Shown here: one piece after another, positions 26,549 through 35,692 of the stretch | How positions within the stretch are numbered: position 1 is the stretch's first letter | Layout: the number at the start of each line of letters is the position of its first letter | Virus record (IMG/VR): IMGVR_UViG_3300018476_000004 | Span: 1-46,378 of that record | Strand: one strand, 5' to 3' | Length of the DNA: 46,378 nt | From: a virus | Made by a program: the position numbers and the translations under genes | The notes under the pieces: generated by a model | Told to the model about the DNA's origin: nothing | Seen by the model: only the letters and a program-made list of their open reading frames with translations | Database searches by the model: none

Positions 26549-28216
26549 TTAGCGGCGCCATGCTTCCGATCCTGCATACGGGTCAAACCCCGTACCGGCG
26601 TACACCGAATTGACCTCGGCGGCGATCGCGTGTTGTGCCGCCGCCGATAGATCCTCCTCGGCGACGAGGCTCGAGGGCTCCCAACACGATAGCGCGAGCG
26701 CGTCGTAACGGTCGGGTGAGCGGCCGAGGATCTTGCGGATCACTTTCTTGTCGGTGACCTTGAGTCGGCCGCCGCGCAGTGTTTGTGTCCACTCGAGCGT
26801 GTGTAGTTCCTTTTCAAGTTTCACATCCTCGACGATCGCGCCCCCATCCCGAAACCACTGCTCGAGGTTGCCCGCGAGCTCGTCACGCAACCGGTCATAG
26901 ATCTTGGGTTTGCGTCGCGCGCCATCGGACGCACGCACCGTCGTAAGCTGAAACGCCGCCGTGTGATCGGCCTCGTACGCACGCAACAAGATCGTGATCT
27001 TCGCGCCGATCGCGCCCTCACGGTCGAGCACGATCACGGGCGTTTCGCGCGGCAGTTTGAATTCAGTGATCAGCACGAGCAATTGCACGAGGGCTTGATC
27101 CTCGGTGAGCCCGCGAAACGGTCGGAACGCGAGCACCTTCAACCCGCGGCGCATGCAAAACATCCACTCGTCACCCATGCCCGACTCGCCCGCCGGGTCG
27201 AGGCCGATGTAGAGCAACCCGGCCTCGGCCGTGTCGTGCCATCGTTGCTCGGCGAGCGCGATCGCGTGCAGGTTGAAAATGCGACCCGACTCGTTGAGCG
27301 CGTGTAACCCCTTGACGCGCACGCGATAGAGTGGCGAATCCTCGCCCCATTCCTCGCGCTTGGCGTCGATCCAATCGCGTGACGCGAGGCCCGGAATCAC
27401 GGCGCGACCTTGCACGACGTTGGGTGTTTCTTCCGAGCTGATCCGGATCGTCTTATAAAAGGCTGATTTGCTGTAAAACGCCTCAAAAAACTCACCCTCG
27501 TTACGGGTCGGGTTGCCGAGCAACAGCGCCTTGGCACCGCCCGCGCGGTTGCCCTCGACGCCCTCAAAGATCGCGTCGGGGATGCCCGAGGCCTCGTCGA
27601 GGATGTACAAAAGATTGCGGCCCGACACGCCTTGCACCGCCTCAGCCTCGCGGGCGGTGAATCCAACGACCTCCCGGAAATCGTCCGACTTGAGCCCGGT
27701 GCGGGCCAGCATGCCGAGGTCGCCGCCGATCATGGCCGAGTGCGGGCACGGGCGTTTGATGATTAGCCCGTCGGGATCGTCGAGCTTGCATTGCACGCAC
27801 CGACCCGACCGAGCCCGTAACATCATGAGCTCACGCCAAAGGATCTGATCCACTTGGCGCGAGGTCGTCGACGACATGATCGCCCGGGCATCCTCGCACG
27901 AGCAAAACCACCATAGCGCGAGGCCCGCCGCGAGGTTCGATTTGCCGACTTTGTGCCCGCTCGCGACCGCCACGCGATCGTAATCGCGCACCGCCTCGAT
28001 CACCTCGATTTGTCGCGACCATGGCTCGACGCCGAGCACCTCGCGGAAAAACTCGATCGGTTTTTGACGATAGTGTGGCGAGGGAAACCGCACGCGGGTC
28101 GACGCGGTCACCTCGGCGCGTATGAGCTCGACGATCGAGCCCGTCATGGTAAGGCGTACCGCCGACGGTCGCGACAGTCGCCGGCGTGCGACCTCCGACG
28201 CGATCGAGCGGGTCAC
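26549..28216 (-). CDS. terL: Terminase large subunit
   Basis: Walker A VASGHKVGKS, nuclease-half pattern, size. GTG 28216 forms a GTGA overlap with the upstream stop; the alternative ATG is at 28147. Confidence 0.85.
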   Translation of the reverse strand: MTRSIASEVARRRLSRPSAVRLTMTGSIVELIRAEVTASTRVRFPSPHYRQKPIEFFREVLGVEPWSRQIEVIEAVRDYDRVAVASGHKVGKSNLAAGLALWWFCSCEDARAIMSSTTSRQVDQILWRELMMLRARSGRCVQCKLDDPDGLIIKRPCPHSAMIGGDLGMLARTGLKSDDFREVVGFTAREAEAVQGVSGRNLLYILDEASGIPDAIFEGVEGNRAGGAKALLLGNPTRNEGEFFEAFYSKSAFYKTIRISSEETPNVVQGRAVIPGLASRDWIDAKREEWGEDSPLYRVRVKGLHALNESGRIFNLHAIALAEQRWHDTAEAGLLYIGLDPAGESGMGDEWMFCMRRGLKVLAFRPFRGLTEDQALVQLLVLITEFKLPRETPVIVLDREGAIGAKITILLRAYEADHTAAFQLTTVRASDGARRKPKIYDRLRDELAGNLEQWFRDGGAIVEDVKLEKELHTLEWTQTLRGGRLKVTDKKVIRKILGRSPDRYDALALSCWEPSSLVAEEDLSAAAQHAIAAEVNSVYAGTGFDPYAGSEAWRR

Positions 28217-28560
28217 GGGCGCGCGATAGGGTGCACGGTCGCGCCGCCGGCGGCCGCGTCGACCGCGGCGACGACCTCGGCACCCATAAGCCGATTGGCC
28301 CGAGTGTAATCGTCGAGGCGTTCGGTCACGAGGCCCGACGAGTCGGCGTGCAGTAGCTTGACGACCTCGCCGGTGAGCTCGAGCAGTCGCGCCCGCTCGC
28401 GGCCCTCGAGTCGGGCGAGCTCGTCGAGCTCGGCGACGATCGCACTTAGCTGGCGCGTGCTCGCCGCCCGCGTGCGCCGCAACTCGAGCAATGTCGCCCG
28501 GCACTCCTCGCGTTTGTGAAACACCTCGACGTGTCTAGACACATCCGGTTGCTTAGTCAT
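28213..28560 (-). CDS. Hypothetical coiled-coil protein upstream of TerL (possible small terminase)
   Basis: First gene of the late operon, GTGA-coupled to terL; no recognisable HTH. Confidence 0.45.
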   Translation of the reverse strand: MTKQPDVSRHVEVFHKREECRATLLELRRTRAASTRQLSAIVAELDELARLEGRERARLLELTGEVVKLLHADSSGLVTERLDDYTRANRLMGAEVVAAVDAAAGGATVHPIARP

Positions 28561-28676
28561 CGGATCGGACCTTCCGTCACGCCGCCCGCGTATATCGCGC
28601 ACGCGTGTTATACGGTGTACCCTACGTGCCCGCGCGTTGGCTAGCCCGCCAACGACATTTGAAAAGGGAAACCTGT

Positions 28677-30563
28677 ATGCACCGACGGATCGCAGTGCTC
28701 GCGCTCGCGTTGTTGGTCGTCGCTCCTATCGCCCGCGCCGCCCGCGCGCAAACACCGCCGCCGGCGAGCTCGTGCACACCCGTGTGGATCTGTCCTATGC
28801 CCGGCGGCACGGGCGGGCGTAGCGGCACCGGCGGCGGCGGTAATGCAGCTAGCGGCGGCGGCGCGGGCGGGCGTAGCGGTACGGGCGGCGGCGGCACGGG
28901 CGGTCAACCCGCCGGCGGGCTCGTCGTCACCGCGGCCCTCGAGCTCGACCGGCGCGTCGTCGTCGCGAGCGCGTCTGGCACGCTCAACGCCTCGATCACC
29001 TACACCAACACCTCGGCGACCGCGATCGCCGTGCGCGAAATCCGAATCGCGGCCCGAGCACCCGGCGCGACGCACGGCGGCGGGCCTTACACCGACCTCG
29101 CGCCCGTCGTGCAAAACGCGACGGTCGAGCCCGGCGCACACGTCACGTTGCAAGCGGCACGCACGTTCAAACCGAGCGACACCGTCGGCCAGTGGGAAGC
29201 CTACGCAACGCACCTCGACGCCGCCGGCGCATGGCACGACGCACCCTCGGAACATTTCGCGGTCGTCGCGAGTTCGGGCCCGCCGCCGACGTCGCCGGGC
29301 ACCATGTCGGTCGGTACGCAATCGTGGTTCATCGCGCCTTGGGCGGGCACCGCCTATTTCAAGTCGGGCGTCGCCTGGGCAACGGCGTACGCCGCCGGCG
29401 ACGACATATGGGCCCCGCAACTGATCGCCGACTTGCAAGGTTTCACAACGTTTCGACACATGGATACCAACGCGACCAACTTTTCTAAGATCAAGACTTG
29501 GTCGCAACGCAAGTTGCCGACGGATCCTAAGAACGCCGAGGTGTATATCGACGGTGCGTCGCCCGCATCGACAACCGGGCTCGCGGTCGAGTGGCAGGTT
29601 GACCTATGCAACCGCGCCGACGTGGATTGTTGGTTCACACACCCGTATCTCGCCGACGATAACTATCTCACGCAACAAGCGACGCTGATCAAGGCGAAGC
29701 TATCACCCGCGTTGCGCGTGTATATCGAGCTATCGAACGAGGTTTGGAACGGCTCATTTTCGCAATACCAACAAGCGATCGACGCGGGTCGTGCGCTCGG
29801 TGTGCCCGGGTCGAATCAGTATTATCAAGGGATCGCACACGAGGCATACCGCGCGCTACAAATGTATCAGATCTATCAGTCGGTGTTCGGCGCGGCCGCT
29901 ATGGGTGAGCGCGTGATCCGCGTCTTTAGCGAGTCGGGCAACCTCGACCTAACAACGCAAGCACTCAAAAACGTGTACGCCTCGGCACAGTGGAATCCGC
30001 ACGGGCAAAAAATCGATATGCTCGCGCTCGCACCCTACATCGGCAACGGCGTCAACGGCGCGTCCGAAACGCTAAGTCGGTGGAATGGCGAGGTTGACGC
30101 CAAGGTCAACGGGCAACCGATCACGTACGCACTCGAGCAACACGCCCGCGCGTATGAGATCCCGCTCCTCGGCTGCTACGAGGCCGGAATGCACCATCTA
30201 CAAAACGCCGACCAATGGGCGCGCAACTCGGCGAGCTATGACGGGTATGTATACATGCTCGATCGGTTCGCCGAGAAAATGAACGCGCCGTGTTGCATGT
30301 ATACGTTGCACGGCACTTGGGAACCTAAAGGCGCATGGGGCTTGTACAACAACGTCGGCCAAGCGACCTCGGCCGCGCCCAAGGCACGCGCCGCCAAGGA
30401 TTGGGCCGCCGGCACGGCGGTACGCGCAACGAGCACTGTACGGGTGATCTTGATCTTGGTTGGCGTGCTCATACTCGTGTTGATCGTGCTCGTCGGGCTA
30501 CGGCTGCACGCGTCGAGGCGCGCGGTGTCCACGCCGCCGACCAAGCCCAACGAGCGTGAGTGA
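28677..30563 (+). CDS. Secreted, C-terminally membrane-anchored glycoside hydrolase (clan GH-A-like TIM barrel) with a Gly-rich linker and an N-terminal beta-sandwich-like domain
   Basis: Signal peptide MHRRIAVLALALLVVAPIARAARA; IELSNEVWN (acid/base Glu) and GCYEAG (nucleophile Glu) about 148 aa apart; C-terminal VRVILILVGVLILVLIVLVGL TM helix; AAGGGA RBS before ATG 28677. Confidence 0.7.
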   Translation: MHRRIAVLALALLVVAPIARAARAQTPPPASSCTPVWICPMPGGTGGRSGTGGGGNAASGGGAGGRSGTGGGGTGGQPAGGLVVTAALELDRRVVVASASGTLNASITYTNTSATAIAVREIRIAARAPGATHGGGPYTDLAPVVQNATVEPGAHVTLQAARTFKPSDTVGQWEAYATHLDAAGAWHDAPSEHFAVVASSGPPPTSPGTMSVGTQSWFIAPWAGTAYFKSGVAWATAYAAGDDIWAPQLIADLQGFTTFRHMDTNATNFSKIKTWSQRKLPTDPKNAEVYIDGASPASTTGLAVEWQVDLCNRADVDCWFTHPYLADDNYLTQQATLIKAKLSPALRVYIELSNEVWNGSFSQYQQAIDAGRALGVPGSNQYYQGIAHEAYRALQMYQIYQSVFGAAAMGERVIRVFSESGNLDLTTQALKNVYASAQWNPHGQKIDMLALAPYIGNGVNGASETLSRWNGEVDAKVNGQPITYALEQHARAYEIPLLGCYEAGMHHLQNADQWARNSASYDGYVYMLDRFAEKMNAPCCMYTLHGTWEPKGAWGLYNNVGQATSAAPKARAAKDWAAGTAVRATSTVRVILILVGVLILVLIVLVGLRLHASRRAVSTPPTKPNERE

Positions 30564-30567
30564 TTCG

Positions 30568-31017
30568 ATGACTAGCAAACCGTTCGGGCAGTATGTCGAC
30601 GTCGTGATGGATTGCGCGGCGCTAGTCGCGAATGAACGTCGTGCTGCCGACCTCGCTAACCTCGAGCGATGGGAGGCCGAAGAAGCCGCCCGCGACCCGC
30701 GCCGGCCCGGCGTCTACAATCCCGGTGATCGGGTGCGTTATAGCGCGCGGTTCGTGCAAGGCCACGGCCTCACCGAGCTCACGGCGGAGTTCGTGATCCA
30801 AGAATGCAGCTGCGACCTATGCGCGCTGGGCGAGCACGTTTGCACGACCGAGTGGCTGGCGAGTTACGATACATGGCGTCACCTGCACCGAGACAATATC
30901 CGGCACAAGGGCATGCTAACGGCCGACGACTTGCCGCCGGGCATGTGGAGGCCGATCGTAATGCCACGCATCGCGCCCGTGGCACCGGTAAAGCCGTTGG
31001 CAAAGTGCAGGCGTTGA
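30568..31017 (+). CDS. Hypothetical Cys-containing protein
   Basis: ATG 4 nt after the GH stop. Confidence 0.5.
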   Translation: MTSKPFGQYVDVVMDCAALVANERRAADLANLERWEAEEAARDPRRPGVYNPGDRVRYSARFVQGHGLTELTAEFVIQECSCDLCALGEHVCTTEWLASYDTWRHLHRDNIRHKGMLTADDLPPGMWRPIVMPRIAPVAPVKPLAKCRR

Positions 31018-31018
31018 A

Positions 31019-31429
31019 ATGCCGTGGGCATGCCTCGAGCACGAGATTGCGAGCGAGTTCGAGGAGCTCACGAGCCGCGGCGATGTGTTGCGCCAAGCGT
31101 TCGAACGGCGCATCCACCGGCGCGTGTGGGGCCGTACGCCCATCGCGTGTCGAACCTGCGGCACGCGGTTTACGCCGATCGATGTGCGGCGTGTGTATTG
31201 CTCGGCACGGTGCAAATCCCGGCATCATGCGTCACGAAGCCACCGCGATTGGCAGGATCGGCGCTGTAGCCAGCGACTCGCCGCTCGATCCAACCGAACG
31301 TGTGCGGACCCGCGTTGCCGGAAGCCATTCACGGGCCGACGATCTGACAGCTTGTATTGTTCGCACGGGTGCCGGGATCGCTGGCGTGCACTGAAATACC
31401 AGCGTCGGCGCGCTAAAGCACACGCCTAG
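31019..31429 (+). CDS. Hypothetical protein with two tandem zinc-ribbon-like modules
   Basis: CRTCGTRFTPIDVRRVYCSARCKSRHH and CADPRCRKPFTGRRSDSLYCSHGCRDRW. Confidence 0.55.
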   Translation: MPWACLEHEIASEFEELTSRGDVLRQAFERRIHRRVWGRTPIACRTCGTRFTPIDVRRVYCSARCKSRHHASRSHRDWQDRRCSQRLAARSNRTCADPRCRKPFTGRRSDSLYCSHGCRDRWRALKYQRRRAKAHA

Positions 31430-31431
31430 CG

Positions 31432-31968
31432 TTACTGACACACGCCGATCTCGGTCTGGCTGTTATCCCAGTGCCACGCCTCGCATCGCGCACCCTTGAC
31501 GCATTGCGGCGCCGCGACCGAGTTGCACGCGTACACGGCCCAACTCAGCCGATACTGATACAGCGACTCGTTGGCGCACTTCAGCACGACGCCCGAGGGT
31601 AGCTTGCACGCGGTCGGTTTGACGACGGGTGCGGGCGGCACGACGACCGGCGGCGTCACGGGTACGGGCGTCACGCCAGCATCGACAACGGGCGCGGGCG
31701 CGGGCTCGACCGGCGCGGGCTCGACCGGCACACTGGCGTCAGGCGCGGGCGTTGGCTCGACGGGCAACGGTGAAAGGGGGTTGCTCGATTCCCCGTCGGC
31801 CGCGCCAGCGTCGGCTACGGGCGCGGGCGGCACGTCGACGGGCGCGACGATCTCGGGCTCGTACATCGGCACGTCGGCGTCGGGCTCGACCAAGTCGGCG
31901 ACCTCGGTGGCACACGACGCGCTCAACAAACACACGACCAAGGCAACCAGGGTTACTCGATACTGCAC
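31432..31968 (-). CDS. Secreted or lipoprotein-like protein: signal peptide, Pro-rich linker, Cys-rich C-terminal domain
   Basis: MQYRVTLVALVVCLLSASC (non-canonical lipobox), PxP-rich middle, and 7 Cys in the last 60 aa; has its own promoter. Confidence 0.65.
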   Translation of the reverse strand: MQYRVTLVALVVCLLSASCATEVADLVEPDADVPMYEPEIVAPVDVPPAPVADAGAADGESSNPLSPLPVEPTPAPDASVPVEPAPVEPAPAPVVDAGVTPVPVTPPVVVPPAPVVKPTACKLPSGVVLKCANESLYQYRLSWAVYACNSVAAPQCVKGARCEAWHWDNSQTEIGVCQ

Positions 31969-31974
31969 GCTCTA

Positions 31975-32005
31975 ATTATAGCGTGCGCGCTATACACCTT
32001 GACAA
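31975..32005 (-). promoter_or_regulatory. Promoter TTGTCA-N19-TATAAT for the secreted-protein gene; -10 overlapped by the palindrome TATAGCG-TGCG-CGCTATA (31977..31994)
   Basis: Perfect -10 hexamer ending 6 nt before the GTG start at 31968, which would make the mRNA leaderless or nearly so. Confidence 0.5.
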
Positions 32006-32017
32006 TGACCCGCGCGG

Positions 32018-32659
32018 CTATACGCCGAGTTTGTCGAGCGCGGTGCACACCTCGTCGGCGATCGCCGGATACCGTGCGAGCACGCGGGCGAGTTCGGCGC
32101 GTATGCGCACCCAAGTCGGGTGCTCGCGGATAATACGATCCTCGGTGAGATCCGCCTCGCGCTGTAGGCGATGCTGTAGTGCGAGCGTGCGCGTGTAGCT
32201 ATCGGTGATCCGCACGCGGTCGCTCGGCAAGATGTCGGTCGCCTCGAGTTGCCGGCGTATCTGGCCGAGTAGCTGTGCGGTTTCGTCGAGCGAGCTCGGC
32301 GCCGCCGCCGCGTGCCCGTTGGTCGGCGCCGCGGCCGCGAGGGGCGCGGCGTCGGGCGGTACCAAGCCCGCCGGCAACCGGCCCCAGCTCGGCGCGGGTA
32401 TCTCGTACGCGTTCCACAGTGCCGCGCGGCCCGCCGGATTGGGCGTCGCGCGACCGAAACGCCAGTCGATCACAGTTTGGCGCGAGGCGCCGCACGCATT
32501 CTGGATTTCAGTCAACGTCGCCTTGACCGCGAGCAATAAGCGTTGCCCCTCGGATCGTACGACGACGTCGACGCGCTCGGGCGAAACCGAATTTTTCGCG
32601 CGATGCAACCGGACCTTGGATTTTCTGGGGCGGCCTCGCAAATTTTTAGGTATGGCCAT
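32018..32659 (-). CDS. DNA-binding protein with an AT-hook-like RGRPRK motif, an HTH and a C-terminal helical region (regulator or small-terminase-like)
   Basis: AIPKNLRGRPRKSK and TEIQNACGASRQTVIDWRFG; alternative ATG at 32683. Confidence 0.55.
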   Translation of the reverse strand: MAIPKNLRGRPRKSKVRLHRAKNSVSPERVDVVVRSEGQRLLLAVKATLTEIQNACGASRQTVIDWRFGRATPNPAGRAALWNAYEIPAPSWGRLPAGLVPPDAAPLAAAAPTNGHAAAAPSSLDETAQLLGQIRRQLEATDILPSDRVRITDSYTRTLALQHRLQREADLTEDRIIREHPTWVRIRAELARVLARYPAIADEVCTALDKLGV

Positions 32660-32776
32660 GACCACGTGTGACGGTTGATGCATGGTCAAGAAATATATCC
32701 CGGCGCCAAATTTTCCACCACACCACCGGTTTTGGCGCTCGCCTCCCCTCGGACCTGCAGTCCCCACCACTGTAGG

Positions 32777-34411
32777 TCAGGGGGGTACGTGGGTCGCACA
32801 TCTCCGATAATAGGCTCGCTGGTAGGCGCTCGACGCCGCTCTACATCGTTCACACCTACAGCCTGCTGTGTACTTAGATCGCGTGCCATGCTCGGCAACA
32901 CGTTTTATCTTTACTACAGGTTGACGTTCTAACGCGCGGCGTAACTTTGCACATACGCGATGCTCGATATGGCGTCGTTTTGACAGTCGCCGATTTGGTG
33001 TCGGGCAATGTTCATACTGACAACACCTCGCAGCCGCAGAACGAGCTCGGATACAAGCCATGTGCATAAGCCCCGGTTTCCCATGCTGTGGCAACACGGG
33101 TTTTCCGGGTGTTAGACAATGTTCATACTGACAATGGTTGTGTAATTTCACAACACGCGTCGCTAGCACAAGCTTGCCCTCGAGCTCAGAAATCTCACTC
33201 GCGCTAAACTCATGCCCGCAGTTGCTACACTCGCGCGCACCAATCGGTAACGCGCACTCGCATATCGGACACAGTTTCTCAGGCAATGATCCCGGTTTGG
33301 CAATGGCGCGCACGCGTGTGCCGTGAAGCGAATACGACACGTCCTCAAGTGGCAAACCATGCACATGTGCATTTCCAGCATGGTCGAGCACAAGCGGTGT
33401 TGGTGTTGCTTCGCCATCCGTAGGACGCGTGATCCGTCCACACATTTGCATCCATAAACACGTAGACAATGTTGGGCGGGCAACGATCGCAAGCTTCGCC
33501 TCGGGACAATCCCAGCCCTCAGTAAGCACCATGCAATTCACGATCACGCGCGTGGTTCCCGTCGCAAAACGAGCAAGGATCTCAACACGCGCTCGCAATG
33601 GCACATCACCGGTAAGCAACTCGGCGTCAATGCCACGCTCATCAAACGACGCGACAATGTGCTCGCCGTGCTCGACGTTGACCGCATAGCAAACGGCCGA
33701 TCGACTGCCGGCGTGTTTGACGTAGTGATCAACAATGTTTCCCACCAACACTTTGCGGTTGACGGCGCGCGCCAAATCAGCCTTTGAAAAGTCGCCGGCG
33801 AATACCCGCACACCACTCAGATCGGGTCGCTGATCATATGGAACCGTATACACACGAGGGCGCATTAACCATCGCGCTGCAATGAGATCACTCGCGGGCG
33901 GTGCCGACACAATTTCTTCAAACAGATCACCAAGCGGTCGACCGTCGAGGCGATACGGGGTTGCCGTAAGCCCATACACATTGGCTTTAGGGTAGTGAGC
34001 TAACAGCGCACGGTAAGTCTTTGCAGTCGCATGGTGCGCCTCGTCAATCAAAACGATCGACGCATTCGGAGCACGAGCTCGGTTTAGCGTTTGAATGCTT
34101 GCGACTTGAATCCTCGCGTGAGGTCGTTCGGCCAACGTGTAAATCTCGTCGCCAACGCGACCGCCGCCAAGAATCACACCAATCGCATGTTGCGCTACGC
34201 CGCTCTCACGTAGCCGCTGCACAGCTTGTTTTACAAGCTCACGGCGGTGAACCACAAACAACACGCGATGCCCGCGATCGAGCGCACCGCGCATGAGCGC
34301 GGCTGCGACCACGGTTTTGCCCGAGCCCGTCGGGCCAACGACCAACACGCGCCGCGCTGACGCTCGTCGGATCCGGCGTAGCCAATCGAGTTCGTAATCA
34401 CGTAGTTTCAT
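32777..34411 (-). CDS. SF2 DEAH-box helicase with a C-terminal multi-zinc-ribbon extension
   Basis: GPTGSGKT, LIDEAHH, TATP, VLTEGWDCP, QMCGRITR, then CPICEC...CSNCG and two CQYEHC modules; lower GC than the flanks. Confidence 0.85.
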   Translation of the reverse strand: MKLRDYELDWLRRIRRASARRVLVVGPTGSGKTVVAAALMRGALDRGHRVLFVVHRRELVKQAVQRLRESGVAQHAIGVILGGGRVGDEIYTLAERPHARIQVASIQTLNRARAPNASIVLIDEAHHATAKTYRALLAHYPKANVYGLTATPYRLDGRPLGDLFEEIVSAPPASDLIAARWLMRPRVYTVPYDQRPDLSGVRVFAGDFSKADLARAVNRKVLVGNIVDHYVKHAGSRSAVCYAVNVEHGEHIVASFDERGIDAELLTGDVPLRARVEILARFATGTTRVIVNCMVLTEGWDCPEAKLAIVARPTLSTCLWMQMCGRITRPTDGEATPTPLVLDHAGNAHVHGLPLEDVSYSLHGTRVRAIAKPGSLPEKLCPICECALPIGARECSNCGHEFSASEISELEGKLVLATRVVKLHNHCQYEHCLTPGKPVLPQHGKPGLMHMACIRARSAAARCCQYEHCPTPNRRLSKRRHIEHRVCAKLRRALERQPVVKIKRVAEHGTRSKYTAGCRCERCRAASSAYQRAYYRRCATHVPP

Positions 34412-34423
34412 AAAACCACACGG

Positions 34424-34627
34424 TCACGGCCACAACACGAACATCGCCCAACCGAGTAAGCCCACGATCACGATCGCGCCCGCGACATGTACCAACACGA
34501 CGAGCAACACAAACACGGCCAATCCCGCGTGACGCACCGCCCGCGCCGTGCGCCTTAGATACCGGGCCCATGCACGACGACGACGTGTGCGTTGACGGTA
34601 TTGGCCGGTGCGGCATTGGGCACTCAC
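34424..34627 (-). CDS. Small membrane protein (basic N-terminus, hydrophobic C-terminus)
   Basis: GTG in a GTGA overlap with the upstream stop; AGLAVFVLLVVLVHVAGAIVIVGLLGWAMFVLW. Confidence 0.45.
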   Translation of the reverse strand: MSAQCRTGQYRQRTRRRRAWARYLRRTARAVRHAGLAVFVLLVVLVHVAGAIVIVGLLGWAMFVLWP

Positions 34628-35088
34628 GACAACTTCACGGGTTGAAACCCCGCACACGCGCATTGCCAAACCGCGCAACTCCCGTCGAGATGCATGTGCT
34701 CACGTTGGCCGTGCTGACACACGGCACACCAATGCACGTTGTCGGGCCCGACTCGCATGATCCGCAACGCAGTGTTGAGCCGTTGCGAGTCGGCGCCGCC
34801 AACCCGCCCCATCTCTTGCAACACGACCATGGCGGCGGCCTCGAGCACGTTGACACGCGCGCGCGCTAAATCGAGTTCGCGCCGCTGATCGGCGATGATG
34901 CGCGGATAATCCTCGGGCGCGGACGGCAACACGCCTCGATAGCAGTCGTCACACACGACGGCGCATGGCACATCGCCAAACAACGCCTTGGATTCCGCGA
35001 GCGCGTCGGCGTCCGACCATGCTTTGCGGTACGTTTGCCCGCACATCGTGCAGGTGAACGTCGGCACTTCGGGATCATCGGGCGTCAT
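34624..35088 (-). CDS. Hypothetical Cys-rich protein
   Basis: ATGA overlap at the start; CTMCG, CDDC, CAVCQHG and CAVWQCAC motifs. Confidence 0.6.
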   Translation of the reverse strand: MTPDDPEVPTFTCTMCGQTYRKAWSDADALAESKALFGDVPCAVVCDDCYRGVLPSAPEDYPRIIADQRRELDLARARVNVLEAAAMVVLQEMGRVGGADSQRLNTALRIMRVGPDNVHWCAVCQHGQREHMHLDGSCAVWQCACAGFQPVKLS

Positions 35089-35315
35089 GATCGCGCGCCG
35101 CCGTTGGGGTCACCGCCCGTCGACCGTAGCGATACCCGCAACGCGCCGAGCGCGACCGTCAACGCATATTTCACGTCGGCGGCCGAGTTGCGTTTGGGAT
35201 CGAGCACGACGATCGGGCTCACGTTACGGTCGTCGACCGCGATCACGATCACCGCTCGACACCTCAACAGATCGTGAGCAGCTAGCGCGCACGCTTTAAG
35301 CTTTTCATTGTCCAT
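35085..35315 (-). CDS. Hypothetical small protein
   Basis: ATG start; ATGA overlap with the next gene. Confidence 0.5.
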   Translation of the reverse strand: MDNEKLKACALAAHDLLRCRAVIVIAVDDRNVSPIVVLDPKRNSAADVKYALTVALGALRVSLRSTGGDPNGGARS

Positions 35316-35562
35316 TGTCGCCGCCGAGCCGATACAGCTGCCGCACGCGATCGCGTGTCTCGTCGTCGCAAAACCGCGCCGAAAACAACACGAGCCATCG
35401 CCGCTCTAACTCGATCGCCTCGTCGCGGGTCAACCACGGGCAATGCAGCATGCAATGCGCAACAAGCGCATCAAAACAGGCATCGGCCTCGGTTTGGTCG
35501 GTCACCCGCATGGCGCGTGACAACGCGTCGGGCTCGACCGTCGATCCGGTTTTCGTGGTCAT
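35305..35562 (-). CDS. Hypothetical small protein
   Basis: ATG 35562; the longer GTG 35676 form adds low-quality sequence. Confidence 0.45.
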   Translation of the reverse strand: MTTKTGSTVEPDALSRAMRVTDQTEADACFDALVAHCMLHCPWLTRDEAIELERRWLVLFSARFCDDETRDRVRQLYRLGGDNGQ

Positions 35563-35692
35563 GAGCAAGTCGCCTTTTCCTCGCGATGCACCAACGCCTC
35601 GGCGATCGCGCGTAAGCACCAAGCACAGATTTGTAACCCGCCAATGCGCCAACGGCGCCTCACCGGCGACTCGCACAGCTCACACGTGACCG

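Noticed and set aside
28217-28504. Long N-terminal extension of the terminase ORF (ORF track 26549..28504)
   Set aside because: The extension is almost pure Arg/Ala/Gly/Pro and overlaps the upstream gene in another frame. GTG 28216 (GTGA coupling) or ATG 28147 gives a normal TerL N-terminus.
28641-29507. 288-aa minus-strand ORF antisense to the glycoside hydrolase gene
   Set aside because: The composition is Arg/Gly/Ala-rich and repetitive, it has no coupled neighbours, and it lies fully inside a well-supported plus-strand gene.
31999-32024. Plus-strand TTGACA ... TATACG promoter pointing into the 3' end of gene 32018..32659
   Set aside because: The spacer is only 14 nt, too short for a sigma70-type promoter. 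The same TTGACA region read on the minus strand (TTGTCA-N19-TATAAT) makes more sense.
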